Origin: Bispira polyomma
Lineage: Eukaryota
Direction of reading: 5' to 3'
NCBI GenBank assembly: GCA_965649765.1
Contig: OZ287749.1
Span: 31,124,001-31,188,000, forward strand
Length of the DNA stretch: 64,000 nt
The position numbers and the translations under genes were made by a program. Below, in pieces: positions 12,851 to 27,300 of this stretch. Position 1 is the first letter of the stretch, and each line of letters starts with the position of its first letter. The notes under the pieces were generated by a model, which was not told the DNA's origin, searched no databases, and was given only the letters and a program-made list of their open reading frames with translations.

Positions 12851-14784
12851 TTATATATAAAATTGTAAAAAAAGAGCACCGAACCCCTATTAGTATTATA
12901 TAAGCAGATAAATTGCTTTTGAACAATAAGGTGTTTTTATCTTTGTTAAGGTATCTCTTTCTCCAGCTCTCTCGCTATTCAGTCTAATATTAACAGCTTG
13001 ATCTAGAACTGTACAATACACAGGCATCACCACGTCATATTATGAAGACACTCAGAGAGAGAGCTGTTCATTGATACATTGGGCTTTGAATCTCTTCACT
13101 AATTGTGCCTTTGACTTCAGTAGGGCAAAAGATGAATGAGAAATTTGTGTCTGTTTATAAGATGGTGTTGTAAAATGTAAAGTGTACAACTTTTGCTAGA
13201 CATAGTATTGAGTGTATTTTGGAGTGTAAAATTTAGAAGAAAAAAAGCACATGTGAGAACTTTCAGCACAAATGGCCAGGAAAACAATATGGAAGTATTA
13301 GATTTGGTTAAAAAATGAATGTTGAATCGATTAGATTTGGTTTAAAATCGAATGTTAAACTATTTTTAATTAACTGATGAGCTGATGCTTCATGCTAAAC
13401 ATAAAATATCTTCGTATATGATTAATATAACATCTTTTAAGAAGAAGAAGTCTGGATAATTTTTCATTTGTTATAAATTCTACGAAATACATATTAAAGA
13501 TTTATTATTATAAAGTACCACAGGAATATGATATGAATGGGTGTGTCTGGTTTAGTTTATAAAGGGAATAAGGTTTCGGTATACTACATTTTTCCAGTGA
13601 TATTCAGGTTGCATCAGGCATTTTGATGCATCTACTAACATAATGCAGAATAGATGACATTATACAGGAATGAATTAATACACAGCATTAAAACTGTATC
13701 AAGGAAGAAGATAGCAGATTTAACCTATATTTTCCTGCTTAATGGAGACAGATTATAAACCAATCATGGCAAGTGCATCAAAACAGTCAGATATAAACAG
13801 ATAATGGTAAAATATTAAATTGATATAATGCATCTTTTCCTTGGGATTAAATGCAAGATTTTACCAGTGCTAAGGCACAGCATCTCCACAGAGGATATCA
13901 ATTAATTATCCATCACTGTTCAATGTGTGATTGTAAAAACACCCACATGTGTATTATTGTTGCATATCAGCTAAGGAGGTAGTGGCATGAGGAATGCGTT
14001 TTGATTTGTTATCAGTACTTTAGACAAATGCTTCCCACATGGACAGTGTGTGTCTGTCTATGCTTGTCAGTCAAAGTAGAGGATTGATAGAGAGTCATGC
14101 TAGAGGATTTACTATTGCTTAGAAGGAAAACAACCAAGTGTGATGTTGTTATCAATGATACACAGCTGTGTCCAGGTGTGGATTGGGGAAACAAAGTAAA
14201 TGTAAACACTATTCCTTAAAGGAAGGATATATATAAAGTGTAAACAGTGAAATCCGTGGATATAGGAGAAGATAATCGCAAGATAAAGAGATTTATGCCT
14301 GAAGTAGTGTTGTTTCAAGCTGGACTTTAAAGGGGCTGTGTTTGTGTGTATGTGTTGGGTTATGTATAACAATGTCACAGAATGTGAGTTGTAGAAGTAA
14401 TGATAGCATATTTGCTATTCAACTTGCATAAAGAAACATGAGACTTGTCATAGTGGGTGATGATGGGATATACACTGTAAAGCACTTGCATGCTATTTGA
14501 GAAGTTTTTGTTTATTGAAGGTGTGATAATTGTCTCAAATTAATAGTTATGCTCCGCTGAATTTTTTAAAATTAATATTGCATATAATCTGAAATGCAGT
14601 AGAGGTGTAACATTGATTATATATTTTGTTGTCAAGGTAATAATAAAGTCTGTTGCCATGTTGTTGTGTGTTAATGGAACCTGATATTGCACAAATTAAT
14701 ATGGATATCATTAATATTTATTATTATACAAATTTAGTAAGAACTGTGTTTTCTAGCATTATATGGGGTTGAAATATCTATAAC

Positions 14785-15372
14785 ATGCTGCCTAACAACT
14801 ACACTATGGGTGCTGAGGAAAAAAGAGGTTACTTGAATCTTCCAGTCATAACTATGGAGACTGTCACAGATGCAATGGCCAGCAGCAGGTCTTTAGTTCT
14901 CAATACCACAGAACCACCAGTGGATGATATCAATGGATCATTGCCAAGAGAGATGGTGTTCACAGATGACAGCCTTGTTTCCGTTATCCTGTATGCCATT
15001 CTATTTGGAGTTGCCGCAGTAGGCAATCTGTCTGTTTTCGTGACACTCTTCAGATATCGGCACAGAAATTCACGCGTCAACCTCTATATCATGCACCTCT
15101 GTACGGCTGACCTCATTGTGACCTTTGTGATGTTGCCCATGGAGATTGGCTGGCACATTACTGTGTCCTGGACAGCTGGAGACATTGGATGTCGACTGCT
15201 GATGTTCTTTCGAACGTTTGGGTTTTACTTATCCTCCTTCATCCTCATTACCATCAGCCTTGATCGTTACTTTGCTGTGATGCACCCACTCAGTTTGACC
15301 GATGGCAGCCGTCGGGGCAAGCTTATGTTGGCTTTTGCCTGGATTTGTAGTATTATAGCCAGCACACCACAG
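14785..15372 (+). CDS. AKHR/GnRHR-like coding exon 1 (N-terminus to TM4)
   Basis: ORF 14785..15408 carries the N-glycosylation sequons NYT, NTT and NGS, TM1-TM4 and DRY. Donor CAG|GTAAGG at 15372/15373. Candidate acceptor ttttctag ends at 14756. Confidence 0.93.
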
Positions 15373-18300
15373 GTAAGGCATCTGGTATTGTGTAGATATA
15401 TTGTTTGAGTTTAATTAGAGTTTATTTTATGTTGTATTGCAATTGCTAGATATTTTGGTCGAAAAAACCAGTACAATGTAGGAATACAGTACTGTAAACC
15501 ACTGACCTAGGGCAAGTTCCTTGGTCATAATTTCTTTCAAGAAGTGGTATTTGGCAGGTGAGAGAAACAAATCCATATAATCACTACACCATTGCAGTCC
15601 CTTCATAGTATTGTATAAATCTCTGTTATCGAAACACATTGAGAAAGCACTATTTTGTTTGCTTAATTTAGGAAGCAGAAAAAGGGATCATGAGATCAGA
15701 TATGTCGATAATAGAAGCTAATAAAATGTTTCACATTGACATCCTCAGTTCTGACGCAGTGTCTCAGATTTGGGCAGTAAAGTATCTTCACTATGACAAA
15801 GTATTTAAAGGGTGGATATAATTTGTGGTAAAAAAACCAATAGAATCTAGGAGTTGGGCAATTAGTAACCGCACACCATTAAGATGATTAAATATAGTGA
15901 TACAGAGAGATACAGATCTAGTCACAAGAAGAAAATTATAATGGAAATGCAACCAAAGTATGACGCGGGGACGGAAGTAAAAAATATTTTAGCTCATTAA
16001 TAGAGTTGCAATTATTGTTTCAGCTGTAATTATTGTTGGCTTGACATTTGTCGCATTATGCTTATGGTGTTCATTAACTGTCAGTGATTACACATATTCT
16101 CAAATGCATCTTGAGCTCTCCTTAATGAGATATCTCCCGGAAGCAATTAGGTTCTACCTATTGGGATTGGCTTTAATATTTTGCTGATGCCAAGCAAAAA
16201 AATTGGACCAAATGTTACCATATTGCTCATCTATATATGGAGACCTAAAATCCCAAATTTGTAGCTTAAGTTTGAGCATTCTTTAAGAATACCCTATCCA
16301 TGGTTATTTCACACTCGCCTCCCACCTTCATGATCCCTGTTTGAATCGCGACCCCTGGGCTTTAAGTGAAAAGTTTGCAGTTACTTGCTGATGGTCTCTG
16401 GTTTACAGTGTAGAATCTCGACCAACTAGTTAGTATACACTGTTTTTCTTCAGCACAACAAATGTCTGTCATGATATGACCTATAAAACGTGTTAAAAGC
16501 GACGTTAAACCCAAATTAAAAAAAATCATTGTTAGTTTTTTTTTATTGTATATCTCTTTGTGTCTCCTTTTTCAGTCTGTGATCTTTCATGAAGAGAAAC
16601 ACCCCACACACTTGTGGTATGCCCAGTGTGTCACTTTCAACTTCTTTCCCAGCGAGCGGCATGAGCTGGCCTACAACATCTTTAACTTTGTGATGCTCTA
16701 TGGTGCTCCACTTCTTGTCATTGTCATCTGCTACTCCCTTATCTTGGTGGAGATCTCCAGAAAAACTGCACAGGGTCGACAACAATTATCAGGTATACTT
16801 TTGCAAAGGAAGCTTTCAAAACCTCAAGAATTCCCATATATATATATGGAGAACCACCCAGTAACAGTAACACTTAAGCCTACATTGCATCTGACCTCAA
16901 TACGAGAATCTAGTTTGTAGAATCCCCAGTAAAGTCCATACCACATAGTATATAGGTTATTTTTATGTGTTCAAAAGACATTCATGTATCCATTATTTGT
17001 GATGAGAATGTTTTAAATGAGAACCATACTTCAAAAATACAGTCACTATTTGTAAAGAGATTGTGTAAATTTATCTTTCGGAGTCCAGAAAGTAGCAGTG
17101 TTTTGGTTGTTAAGAAATGCACTTTATTAGGTATGTATAATTTAAGATATGAACCGCAACCTGGCATGCAGAGAGAGAGAGAGAATAAATTTATTTTAAG
17201 TGCCACTTGCACAAATGACAACATTACAATTACAATAGATAAAAACATAACTACTTCACTCAATAAACATGACTCTAATCTTTACTTTACATTGCAGCCA
17301 GCCCATATAAACCTGGGCTTGTGAGGCACTTTGTTTTTCATTGATGATATGTGTCACCATGATATAAATGTGTAATATCAAATTTTTTTATTATATTTAA
17401 TTTTCCTCTACACAAATATTGTATTGTGAACTTTACATAATTATTAATAAATATACATGCAGGGAAGTTTACAAAAGAGTTGCTGAAAACCAGCGGTTTG
17501 TTGTGCAGAATTTTCACTGACAAAACAGTACTGTATTGTCATATCTTTACCACTAGGTAAACGGGTACACTTTTCCAGCAATGGGGAGCTTCGAAGATCT
17601 GGTATTGGTAGAATTGTGAAGGCAAGAACTAGAACTTTAAAAATGACCATAGTTATAGGTAAGTAATGCTTAGAGATGTGTCAATAACAAAGAGTACTGC
17701 AAGTATATATAGTAGTTTAATTGGTAACAATTGTTTTCCTAATGAAAAACAATATGCTTAAACATTTGGATCCTCAGGTTGTCTTGAATGCATGTACAGC
17801 CAATCAGAACCATTAACTGACATTTCCCTATAACTGAAGTCATAAGATAAAGGGTGACCATGTAATAAGTAGCCACTTTGCATCTGCATCTAGAGATAGT
17901 GCAGCAGTTAAAGCCAAACCAACAGTTAATGCGTTGAATATGTTTTCAATAAATTGCACACAGTTTAGTATAGCATTTTCACTTTTAATACCACAATAAT
18001 TGTATTAAATTACCGTGTTTGTCAAGAATTTGTGCTGCTCCTACCTTGTCATCCTTAAGAAGCAAACTTAATAGACATACTTATTTCTCTCCCCCCCTGG
18101 TTACATATTCATTCCGGCATCTCCTGGGATACGACCACCTTCCGGAAAAGGACTTTACAAGACTTTAATATGATTAGGATATATGCGCCTTAGAATCCAC
18201 CATAATGGTGATTAAGTGCAATAAGAGTTTGATTGGATTAGAATAAAGATATTTTAATCAGTAGATTTAAGGCCTTAACTGGTGATGGGATTTAACTGCT

Positions 18301-21300
18301 ACAGCACTGATTTTGCTTAAAGAGAACCCACCTTCTCTTCATACCAATGGGAGTGTTTGTGTTACCTATGGGACCAAAGTGGCAGATGTAAATGTATCAT
18401 TGTGACTAATTGGTATGAAGACTGATGTAGTTGTTGAGCTGGTGAGAAAACAGAACTGATAGAATCAATACACAGCCTCAAGCTTAAGTTTATATGGCTT
18501 CAGTAGGTTCAAAAATAACACATCTATTTCTAGTTAATAGGTTAGTTATTATGATATGACATATTCAACATGCCCTACTTATGCTATTTGTGGCATCTGA
18601 GCTTTTATTGTAAACGTTACATATCTTAAAAAAAGAAGAAAACAAAAAGCAATCTCAATGGAAGCTTACATTTTAATCTGGACTGGTATCTACAAAGGTT
18701 CTTATTCTTCATATTTTTATTCTTAAAAACATTGATTGGCTTTGATAATGTTTTAAACAGTCTTTTTTGGGACCCTAAGAAAATTCTAAGAATTGCATAC
18801 CCAGAATGTTTGTGAATTTAACCCCTGGTGTTTCAGTTGATTCTTTTCTTCTATAATATTCAGACTTTTACCCAGTAATTTATTTCAATGACACTTAGAA
18901 GTACGCACAAAAAATCCTTAGAAACCCTGGAGGGAAATGAGTTGCAGGCAAGATAAAAGCAACCTTTTGGTCACGCAAATGGGTTTTGGAGGAAATTGAC
19001 AGGTTGTATAGATGGTTACTATTAGCCTTTGTCAAGAATGAATACACAAAAGAAATAGGAGTGTGGGGTTCTACAGACAAAGATTTACATTGACTAAAAA
19101 CAATTTACAATAAAGAGATAGACACTCTATGGGCGTATATGTAAAATGATGATGAAAAACATGTATAACTAAATGGTACTCAATTCGAAAGTGAAGTAAC
19201 TCATCTTATAAAAAGTCTACACAGAATTGTTCTGGACTTTGATGTCCTGTGTAAACGTAAACAAGAAATGCTCTTGTCACATTCATAAATTCCAGGCTGG
19301 GTGTTTTAACATGTGACACATCAATAAAATATGTTATATTCTATGTAATTCTGATGTCACTGTTAACTAATCACATGTCTACTTGTCTATATATCCCTCT
19401 TAATGGTGATTCTAGCTGAGATTCTCTGATTGAGCTTGACATTCTAAGATGCAGAGACCACTCTGTATACAGGCTTATTTATTTCAGGTTATTCCATCCA
19501 ACATTATAGCCAGTATGGTCAATTAAATAGGATGAATCCGTTCATGAATCCGCTTACTATATAATGCTGCACAAACTGTATACAGCATTGGTATTAGCTA
19601 TAGATAGCTGAAGTTGCATGAAGTATACTGATCACATGATACCTAGATTAATAATATATTTCATGTTATTATTTTTTGAAAAAAAAGTAATGCTTCATAT
19701 ATATGAATTTAATTAATTAATTTATAACTAGAACACTCAGTAGAGCACAAACCTTCACCAAATTGTAACCGGGCCAACAATGAAAACAAATATTTTTATA
19801 CACCAAAATGTACTAAATTCTGTTCTGGTTCATGCTTCATCTTTTCGATTAAGTATTTTGTTGTTGTGTGATCTTAGTGACAAACAAACATGGAAACAAA
19901 CCAATGGACATTGACGAAAACATAACTTCTTTGGTAGATGCCTAAATACATACACTGCTAATAGCACATTATATACTGTAAATGCCTCTACTACAAGGAT
20001 ATTTGCTAAGGAATTCATCAGACACTACACCGTTAGAAATGGTGTTTGTATTTCATCAGTAGTTTGAGGGATTGGGTTATCTGTCTAATAACATACTAGA
20101 AATGACAGGGCTCAAACTTATGTGTTGCTTGCAGTACCAGGAAAAAAACCCAATGCATTAGCTCTTCGAAATGCCTGACAATTATACTTATATACTGTGT
20201 ATTCCTGATAAAAAATAATTAACAACACTTAACGACGCACCTGGACTGACCACCCTGTCAGCTGTACTTAACAGAGGAAAGTAAATAAAATGGATTTATC
20301 CAAATTATCATTATAAGTCTTGCTTAGGCTACACATAGGCAAAAAATGTGGATTTTGAATCTGTCTGGATTTTACCAATTCTGTTAATGCTTTACTGATT
20401 TAGCGGTAAGAGTGGTAAATAAATGGATGTATATATATTCTGGTTAGTGTTTTATTACATGTTTATGTAATAACTATTGCAACGAAAAATAAATAGGTGA
20501 TTCTTATCAAAATAGATTACAGCAGTAATTGTGTTAAATAACAAAACATAAATATTTCATATACATAGTGCTCAAACTGGTACAGTTTTTCAAAGCATGT
20601 CTTAATTCTGTGGCACTTTACAAAAAAATGTTCCTTAAAAAAGTAGGTTGTTAGATGTTTCCAAAACAAATTGTAATTGTCTATGGTTTGGATATCCTCT
20701 AGCTAACTGTTCCATTAATTTCGTTCTAAGAAACTAAAACTACAATCTGCAAAGGTTTTTGCTCTTGTTTTTGGCACTTCCAGAACATATCCACTACTGT
20801 GAGATCCATTTAAATATCCACTAGCTTTCCTTTGTTTGATTAAGTTTTGAAGATACTTTGGTGCCTTACTGATATAGATGAATGTATATATTGTGGTTAG
20901 TGTTATTTGATATGTTTTATTACATGTTTATGAAAAATGAAAAATCTTACACAGAAATAAAAATCAGTAATCATGATGAAATCTAATTAGCATTGGCTTA
21001 ATGTGTACTAATTTTTGCTGAAAAGATCAATTAAAAACAGAATTAAAAATATATTTTATTCCCGTGTGCTGAGGGAGCTATACAATAATATTTTATACCG
21101 TCGACTTCTGGCCGATGGACGTGGCACTGGTGAATAGTAAAGTCCCTTAACTGCTAGCTGAAAGACAAGGTTGACAAGGGTTTAGGCTTTAAACTCAAAT
21201 GATGCAGTAAGTAAACTATAAAATATAACCAAACTATTGAATAACATAATCTAGCAGCCAAACACTAATATTTTCGTGCAGAGTAAAGCTATGAAATAAT

Positions 21301-24300
21301 TAGTCACTTTTGAGCCATAGGTGAACCTTAAGGAGGAAGCACGCAGGAAGTCAAAGTGCCATAATAACAATGCAGTTGTTGTCCATAAAAAATCATCCAG
21401 AGAAATAGGTGAAAGTGACAAAAAATAAAACCAAAGAACTCTTCAAAACATCAAAGAAATTTAAAAACCTCCAGTCTTCTGTAATGTCTTGCAATAGTAT
21501 AGATGTTTTTAGACATGCAGTGTGACTTCTCATCATTCTAAGTGGAAACAATCAATCTATTGCAATTCTGTTAAGAGTTTGGGGTACTCAAGAAATGAAT
21601 TATCCTTAAGTAACAGCAATAGCAATGGAACATTTTGTGACAATCATGTTTCTATTGTAAATAACTGTAACCTAAATTCCATATATATATAAATACAGCA
21701 CCACTTAAAACGACAAAGATATTTACTTTTTCCAGTTGCAAAGCCATCATAATGCTTAAGCAAAAAACCATATCATTGTTGACTAATAACAAGATATCCA
21801 ACATATCATTGTTGAATAATAAATTGTGTATATTGGGGAGAAAAATGACTGGGTCAGAAGTTTACATACATTGTTGTGTGTGTTAAAAAAATTTGTTCTT
21901 TAATAGAATAATCGTCAAGAAATAATAAGCAGGTATGCTGCAAGAATACCCAAGAGAGAGCCAAGATTGTTCAAGAACAGGCACAAATTCCTACTAATTG
22001 ACACAAATTACAAGTAGATTTAGAAGGATAATATAAAAAATAACCAATAATTAGCAAGAATATTCCATAATGCTTCACGAATACTCGAATTCTTACAGGG
22101 ATGGTACTCGTAATGACAAATTATCAATAAAGGGCACAAAAAAAGTAACGATGTGAATGCTACACGGTTGTTCTGCGAAGGTCATAATTTAAAACTAGGC
22201 CACCACAACAGTTGTGAACATATTCAAAACTCTTGTGGCACTTGCTAAACACCAAAAAGTTCCATGAGCTACTAAAAATATGCCAGGCCATCTACGAAAG
22301 CCGATTCAAGATGATCCACAGTTCGAATTCTTGAATGTGTGAAATACGCCCTTTAGAGAAACCCAAATTAATCTGAATTGCCCCTCCCTTCCCCACAAAG
22401 TTACCACTGTCATAGGCACTGAGGTAGTTCATGTAGGTTTGTATTGTCGTCCTCAGATACTTGATCCTGCTTCTCCATTAGCCGTTGCCAGGGGCTTTCT
22501 CAGCACGGTAGTGGCGTACTGTCAAAAGAGATTCCTCAAGCAAAAAAAAACTGCAGCAGGATATATGAACTATGCAGATTGTATCCTCGTGACACTCTCA
22601 GACATTATTTAATTTTGTTCACTTTCTATGGTCTTAAGTTCAGTCATTAGAATCGATAAAAAAATATTACTGGTATTTTCATTGCTGTTAAACCTGTTTC
22701 TGTGTCTGATATAAAATTGCCTTATTAAGACAGCAACTCTTGTTAGGACTATTGGATCACACTGGACCTAACTTTCTCTTAAAGACTACATATCTTAAGT
22801 TTAAGCTTCGATTGTCATGCATGTCTCAGTTTTATTTCACCTCCTTAAAGCCCAGCTTCTATATCTGTCGTCAGATCTTAATGCTCTTTGAATGTCAAGA
22901 GCTAGGTGTTTCAGTAGGTGTCTCCATTTTCACCTTATTAATGCCCATTGGATTTGCTGTTCTAAAGAAACTGTGACTTTGACTGGGTAATATGACTGCC
23001 CCTATAGTCACTTTGTTAATAGATATCTTTTCAAAAAATAAGTCATGTGGTAAAGTAAAAGGCAGTTTATGCGATATTTACAAGCATTATATTAACAACA
23101 ACATTGTCAGTTGTTAGAGACCTTAGTTTAGATGGACTGTTAGTTATCTTATAAAAACCCATGCATGTACCAACTGTTTTTTTTAACTGAATTTATTGTC
23201 TGTTGATATGGTGTTTTGTCACTTAGCGTAAGATAGATTTTTCTACTAAACTATAAAGGTCCAGTGAGACCTGTAATAGCATTATTTCTGTCAACCATAA
23301 CTTGAATTTTATAGGTGACAAAAATTGCCTTCACTTTTGTGACTTGTCATATGAAAAATGTGGGGAAAAACCCGTCCAATCTTGGCTTTGTATTTTCGCT
23401 AAAAAAATCATCTAGGCTTCATCCTTTCTCATAACTTTTAACCGAAAAACTATGACGGGGGACCACGTTTCTTCATCGTTCTTTCGTTTACCTAAAGACA
23501 AATCTGAAAGTAGATTGAAATGATAAACTCTGAAGATGTGGATAACATAATAAGATGAAAGGTACTCTGCATCTATCTCCTCTAGGCCAATGACATAATA
23601 CATTTCTTATACTTACATTTGTTACAGGTCATATTATGTGTTTGTGATATGAAACACTTACGTTATTAAGGGTGACACTCTCTTTCAATGGTTACTGCAT
23701 ACAATTGCCTTGCCACCAGTAATTGGTGTTGGTTAACAACAACAATTTTTTTTTTTTTTTTTTGATGACGGTTATTGACCTCTCTGTAAGACTGGAGACA
23801 TAAACATTGTTGACACTGTAACAAACCGGAGGGAGTCTTTTAACAATTGCCTTTCAACGCAGAAGGGTTCTAAGCATCATATCAAGATCAACCTCTAAAG
23901 AACCCTGCAATAGATGGAGGAAGACACAACAGATAGAGAAATAATCCTTGCCTCCAGGGTGGGAGATTAAAAATATTGGCTTGGAGACATTCTATTAATA
24001 GCATAATGGAAGCAATGCGATGCTGTTCCCATTTGACAATATAAATAGATGGCCCATTCAGCTAAGTGCCAAAAATCATAAATATTCATTGATTGAAAGC
24101 TTTGCAATCATTTCGATAATCTTAAAGATGCAAGTGTAATATCCATGTATATCAGCACATTAAACACTCTGGCTTCCGGGGTTTGCCCTTTAGCTCAACT
24201 GTTAGTGTACTGGACTATTACTCTCAAGATCTGTGACAACCGAGGATCAAATCCTAGCAGTATCAAGCCTCTTTATAAGTATACAGCAAAGCCAAGTTAT

Positions 24301-27300
24301 TTCTGTTGTTTACACATGATAGAAAGCACCACATGGTTTCAATATACACTGAGTACGGATGATTACTCATTATTTTCTGGTTCTGTTAAAAGCATCCTTT
24401 CGCAGATGCTTTTGTTCATCTCATAAAGCTGGGCTCCTCACTTATATACTGACGACACCATTGTGCACACAAGTCTCATCACGCCAAGTAAAGAAAATAA
24501 CAAGCAATTACTATGCCATGGATTGTGGCCACAAGATTTTATAGGAACATGTAATTAGTCACCATGCTTATTTGTCATATGTCTATGGCATACACTATAG
24601 GAGACCCATTCAAACATTGAAAATGCTGCAACTCAGGTTAGATTTAAGGAATTTATAGAGAAACAGAACCTCATTAGAAGATATAGAAGAACCTCTATTA
24701 TCTGAATTGCTAACATCCAATCAATTTTCACTTTCACAAATTTACATTGTCCTGTTTAATAAATGAACCCAAAATATTTTTTTGGATAAATAGAGATTTG
24801 ACTCTATCGCCACAAGCACGATGGTAATTACATTTATCTGTCCATTATTGAAAATATAATGTAAGAACATGTTCTGAAACTGCTAAGGATACTTATGGGG
24901 ATAAGAAATAGCCAGAAAACTTAAATCATTTCAAAACTACTTTATTTTAAAACTTTGAATCTCCATGCAATGCCAATTTAATGTTAATTATCGTCTATTT
25001 TGTTTGCCTAAAACCTCATATAGGTATGAATTATTCTAGGTATAATCAAAACCATATTCAGTTATCATTATATAATCCGAGAGAAAGGTAAACATGATTA
25101 CGAAGTGGCATAAAAATGCAGCAAATCTAGGATAAAAAGCCTAATAACCCTTCCAGGTATCACAGGCTGATAGATGATAATACATTGTATTTTAAAATGA
25201 AGGAGCCTCTTTGGATAAATAGCTTGATAACCTAAAAAGTTTCACAGATGGATAGATGAAATACACTCTTAGATCTTTCCTTCTATACTGATCCTCTCCT
25301 GAATTTCATACAGTGTTCTTAAACCTTCATTTATATGTATGTGCAATAAAAGAACTGAGGTTTTTGTACCAATAAACTGATTTGTTTTCTAAAACAGCAA
25401 CAATTGCACTGCATTTCAAAAATCTTCTATTGTCGCTCGCTTGCCGACCATATCATCTATCCAATCAACAGTTTATACATGATATAGGTGACAAGCTGGC
25501 GAGAGTAGAAGATTATCAGTTTGATCCGTTTGATGTTAAAAGGGCATGAGAGAGATATCTTTTTAATATAAAGCCACCTGCTTCACATAGATTACAGATA
25601 TATATAATAATAATAATAATAAAAATACTATACAGCCAGCCCAAAATAATTTATGAGGTAATTTCTAACATTTCTGACTTTTTTATAGTGTCACAACAAA
25701 TATTATTATATATATATACATGTTACAGTAAATATGTAAAATCAGTAAATACGCGTATTTACTGAAATTTTTAGTAAACACGTGTATTTACTGATTTGGT
25801 CAGTAAATAGGCGTAATCCCTAAAAATTTCAGTAAAAATCTGGTTTTTAGGTCCAGTAAGTTCACATATTTACTGAATTGTCTTGTTATTCTTTAAGTAT
25901 CATTATGTGGTAGTTGTGATTTTACAAGGTATTAAAGTGTCCATCTTTATTTAGGTGGATTTATTTAGGCACATTACATATACACATTACATATACACTA
26001 TGTTTTCTATCCTAAGTGTATGTAATACATATCATCCAATTTATTACACCAATATGTTACAAGTAGTCTTAAAAATATATATTTACACCTGAAAATGACT
26101 TTTGAAATAGATTTGCTCATGTAAACGACATTTTCTTATACATTACATTTCATGTAGTAAATTACATCATTTTAGTGAGGTTGCGAGAACACCGGCTAGT
26201 AGCAAACTCGTTCAGTGACTGGGGGTCAAGGACGTCTAGCCGAACTACTTTTGTAGAAGGGTCTAGTCGTCGCAGTACATTTTTGGCACCAACTGGGACG
26301 GACGTATAATTTTATTGGTAACACCGGATTTGTGTTTCAGAGAGATTTTATATCTGTGCTACAGAGATATAGTAGGAAACACTGGATTTGTGTTCTAGAG
26401 AGATTTTATATTTGTGTAAAGTCAGATATTTTATTGGTAACACCGGATTTGTGTTCCAAAGAAATGGTGTAGAAAACATTTACAGAGAGGCTCATATACT
26501 AGTGTCCCAGGGTGCCCGGGAATTCTCGAAAGAATCGTGTTGTTTCGCTTTTAACTTTTGCTGTGGTCAGCAGTTATGAGGAGCTTCAAGAAACCTAAAG
26601 GATTAAGTGCTGGTCGGATAGTGGCGACTAGAACCAGCAAAGTGATTGTCCTAGCGACGCCTAGCTTGCCAGGGGAGAAGTCTAAGAAACCCAAACATAA
26701 AGGGACTAGCAACAGCTTGTTCGGACCATCAGGTGGAGCACAGGGACAAGGTTCGGTAGACATTTTAATGTCTGTGGTAGCGTCAAGTGGTCAGTTTCCT
26801 AGTCGTACGGGAATGAGAAGTGTAGTCAAGGCGAGACTCACAGCTGAGGCTGATAGCAGGCTTCCTGTATCAGAGCTAGCTGGTCAGATGAATTCACAGC
26901 AAAGCCTTGGCAGTGATGGACGTCAGATGTTAGATGTTGGTCAGCAGCTTACCAAGGGCAGTGGTAATCCTCAGACGTTAGATGTACTTCAGCAGTTGGG
27001 CCAGTTGACACAAGCGGTGCTTTCTTTGAAGGATGTTAACTCGCACCTGATGAAATAGGTGGATACTATTAAATCGAGTACAAGTTCAGATGTTGTGGCT
27101 GAGTTTGGTGTCAGGGCAGCCGTTACTGCCCTAGTAGTATTCGTTAACCCTCCAAAGATTTATTCCTCACTGGCAGGGGCGAAATCATCACTTGAACAGT
27201 TACAAACTTTCGAATACAGTTTGAATGGTGTTAGTTCGGATCTGGCTGTGCAGCAAGAAATTCAGAGGAGACTACTGGAGATGGTGGACCAGGAGGGTCA

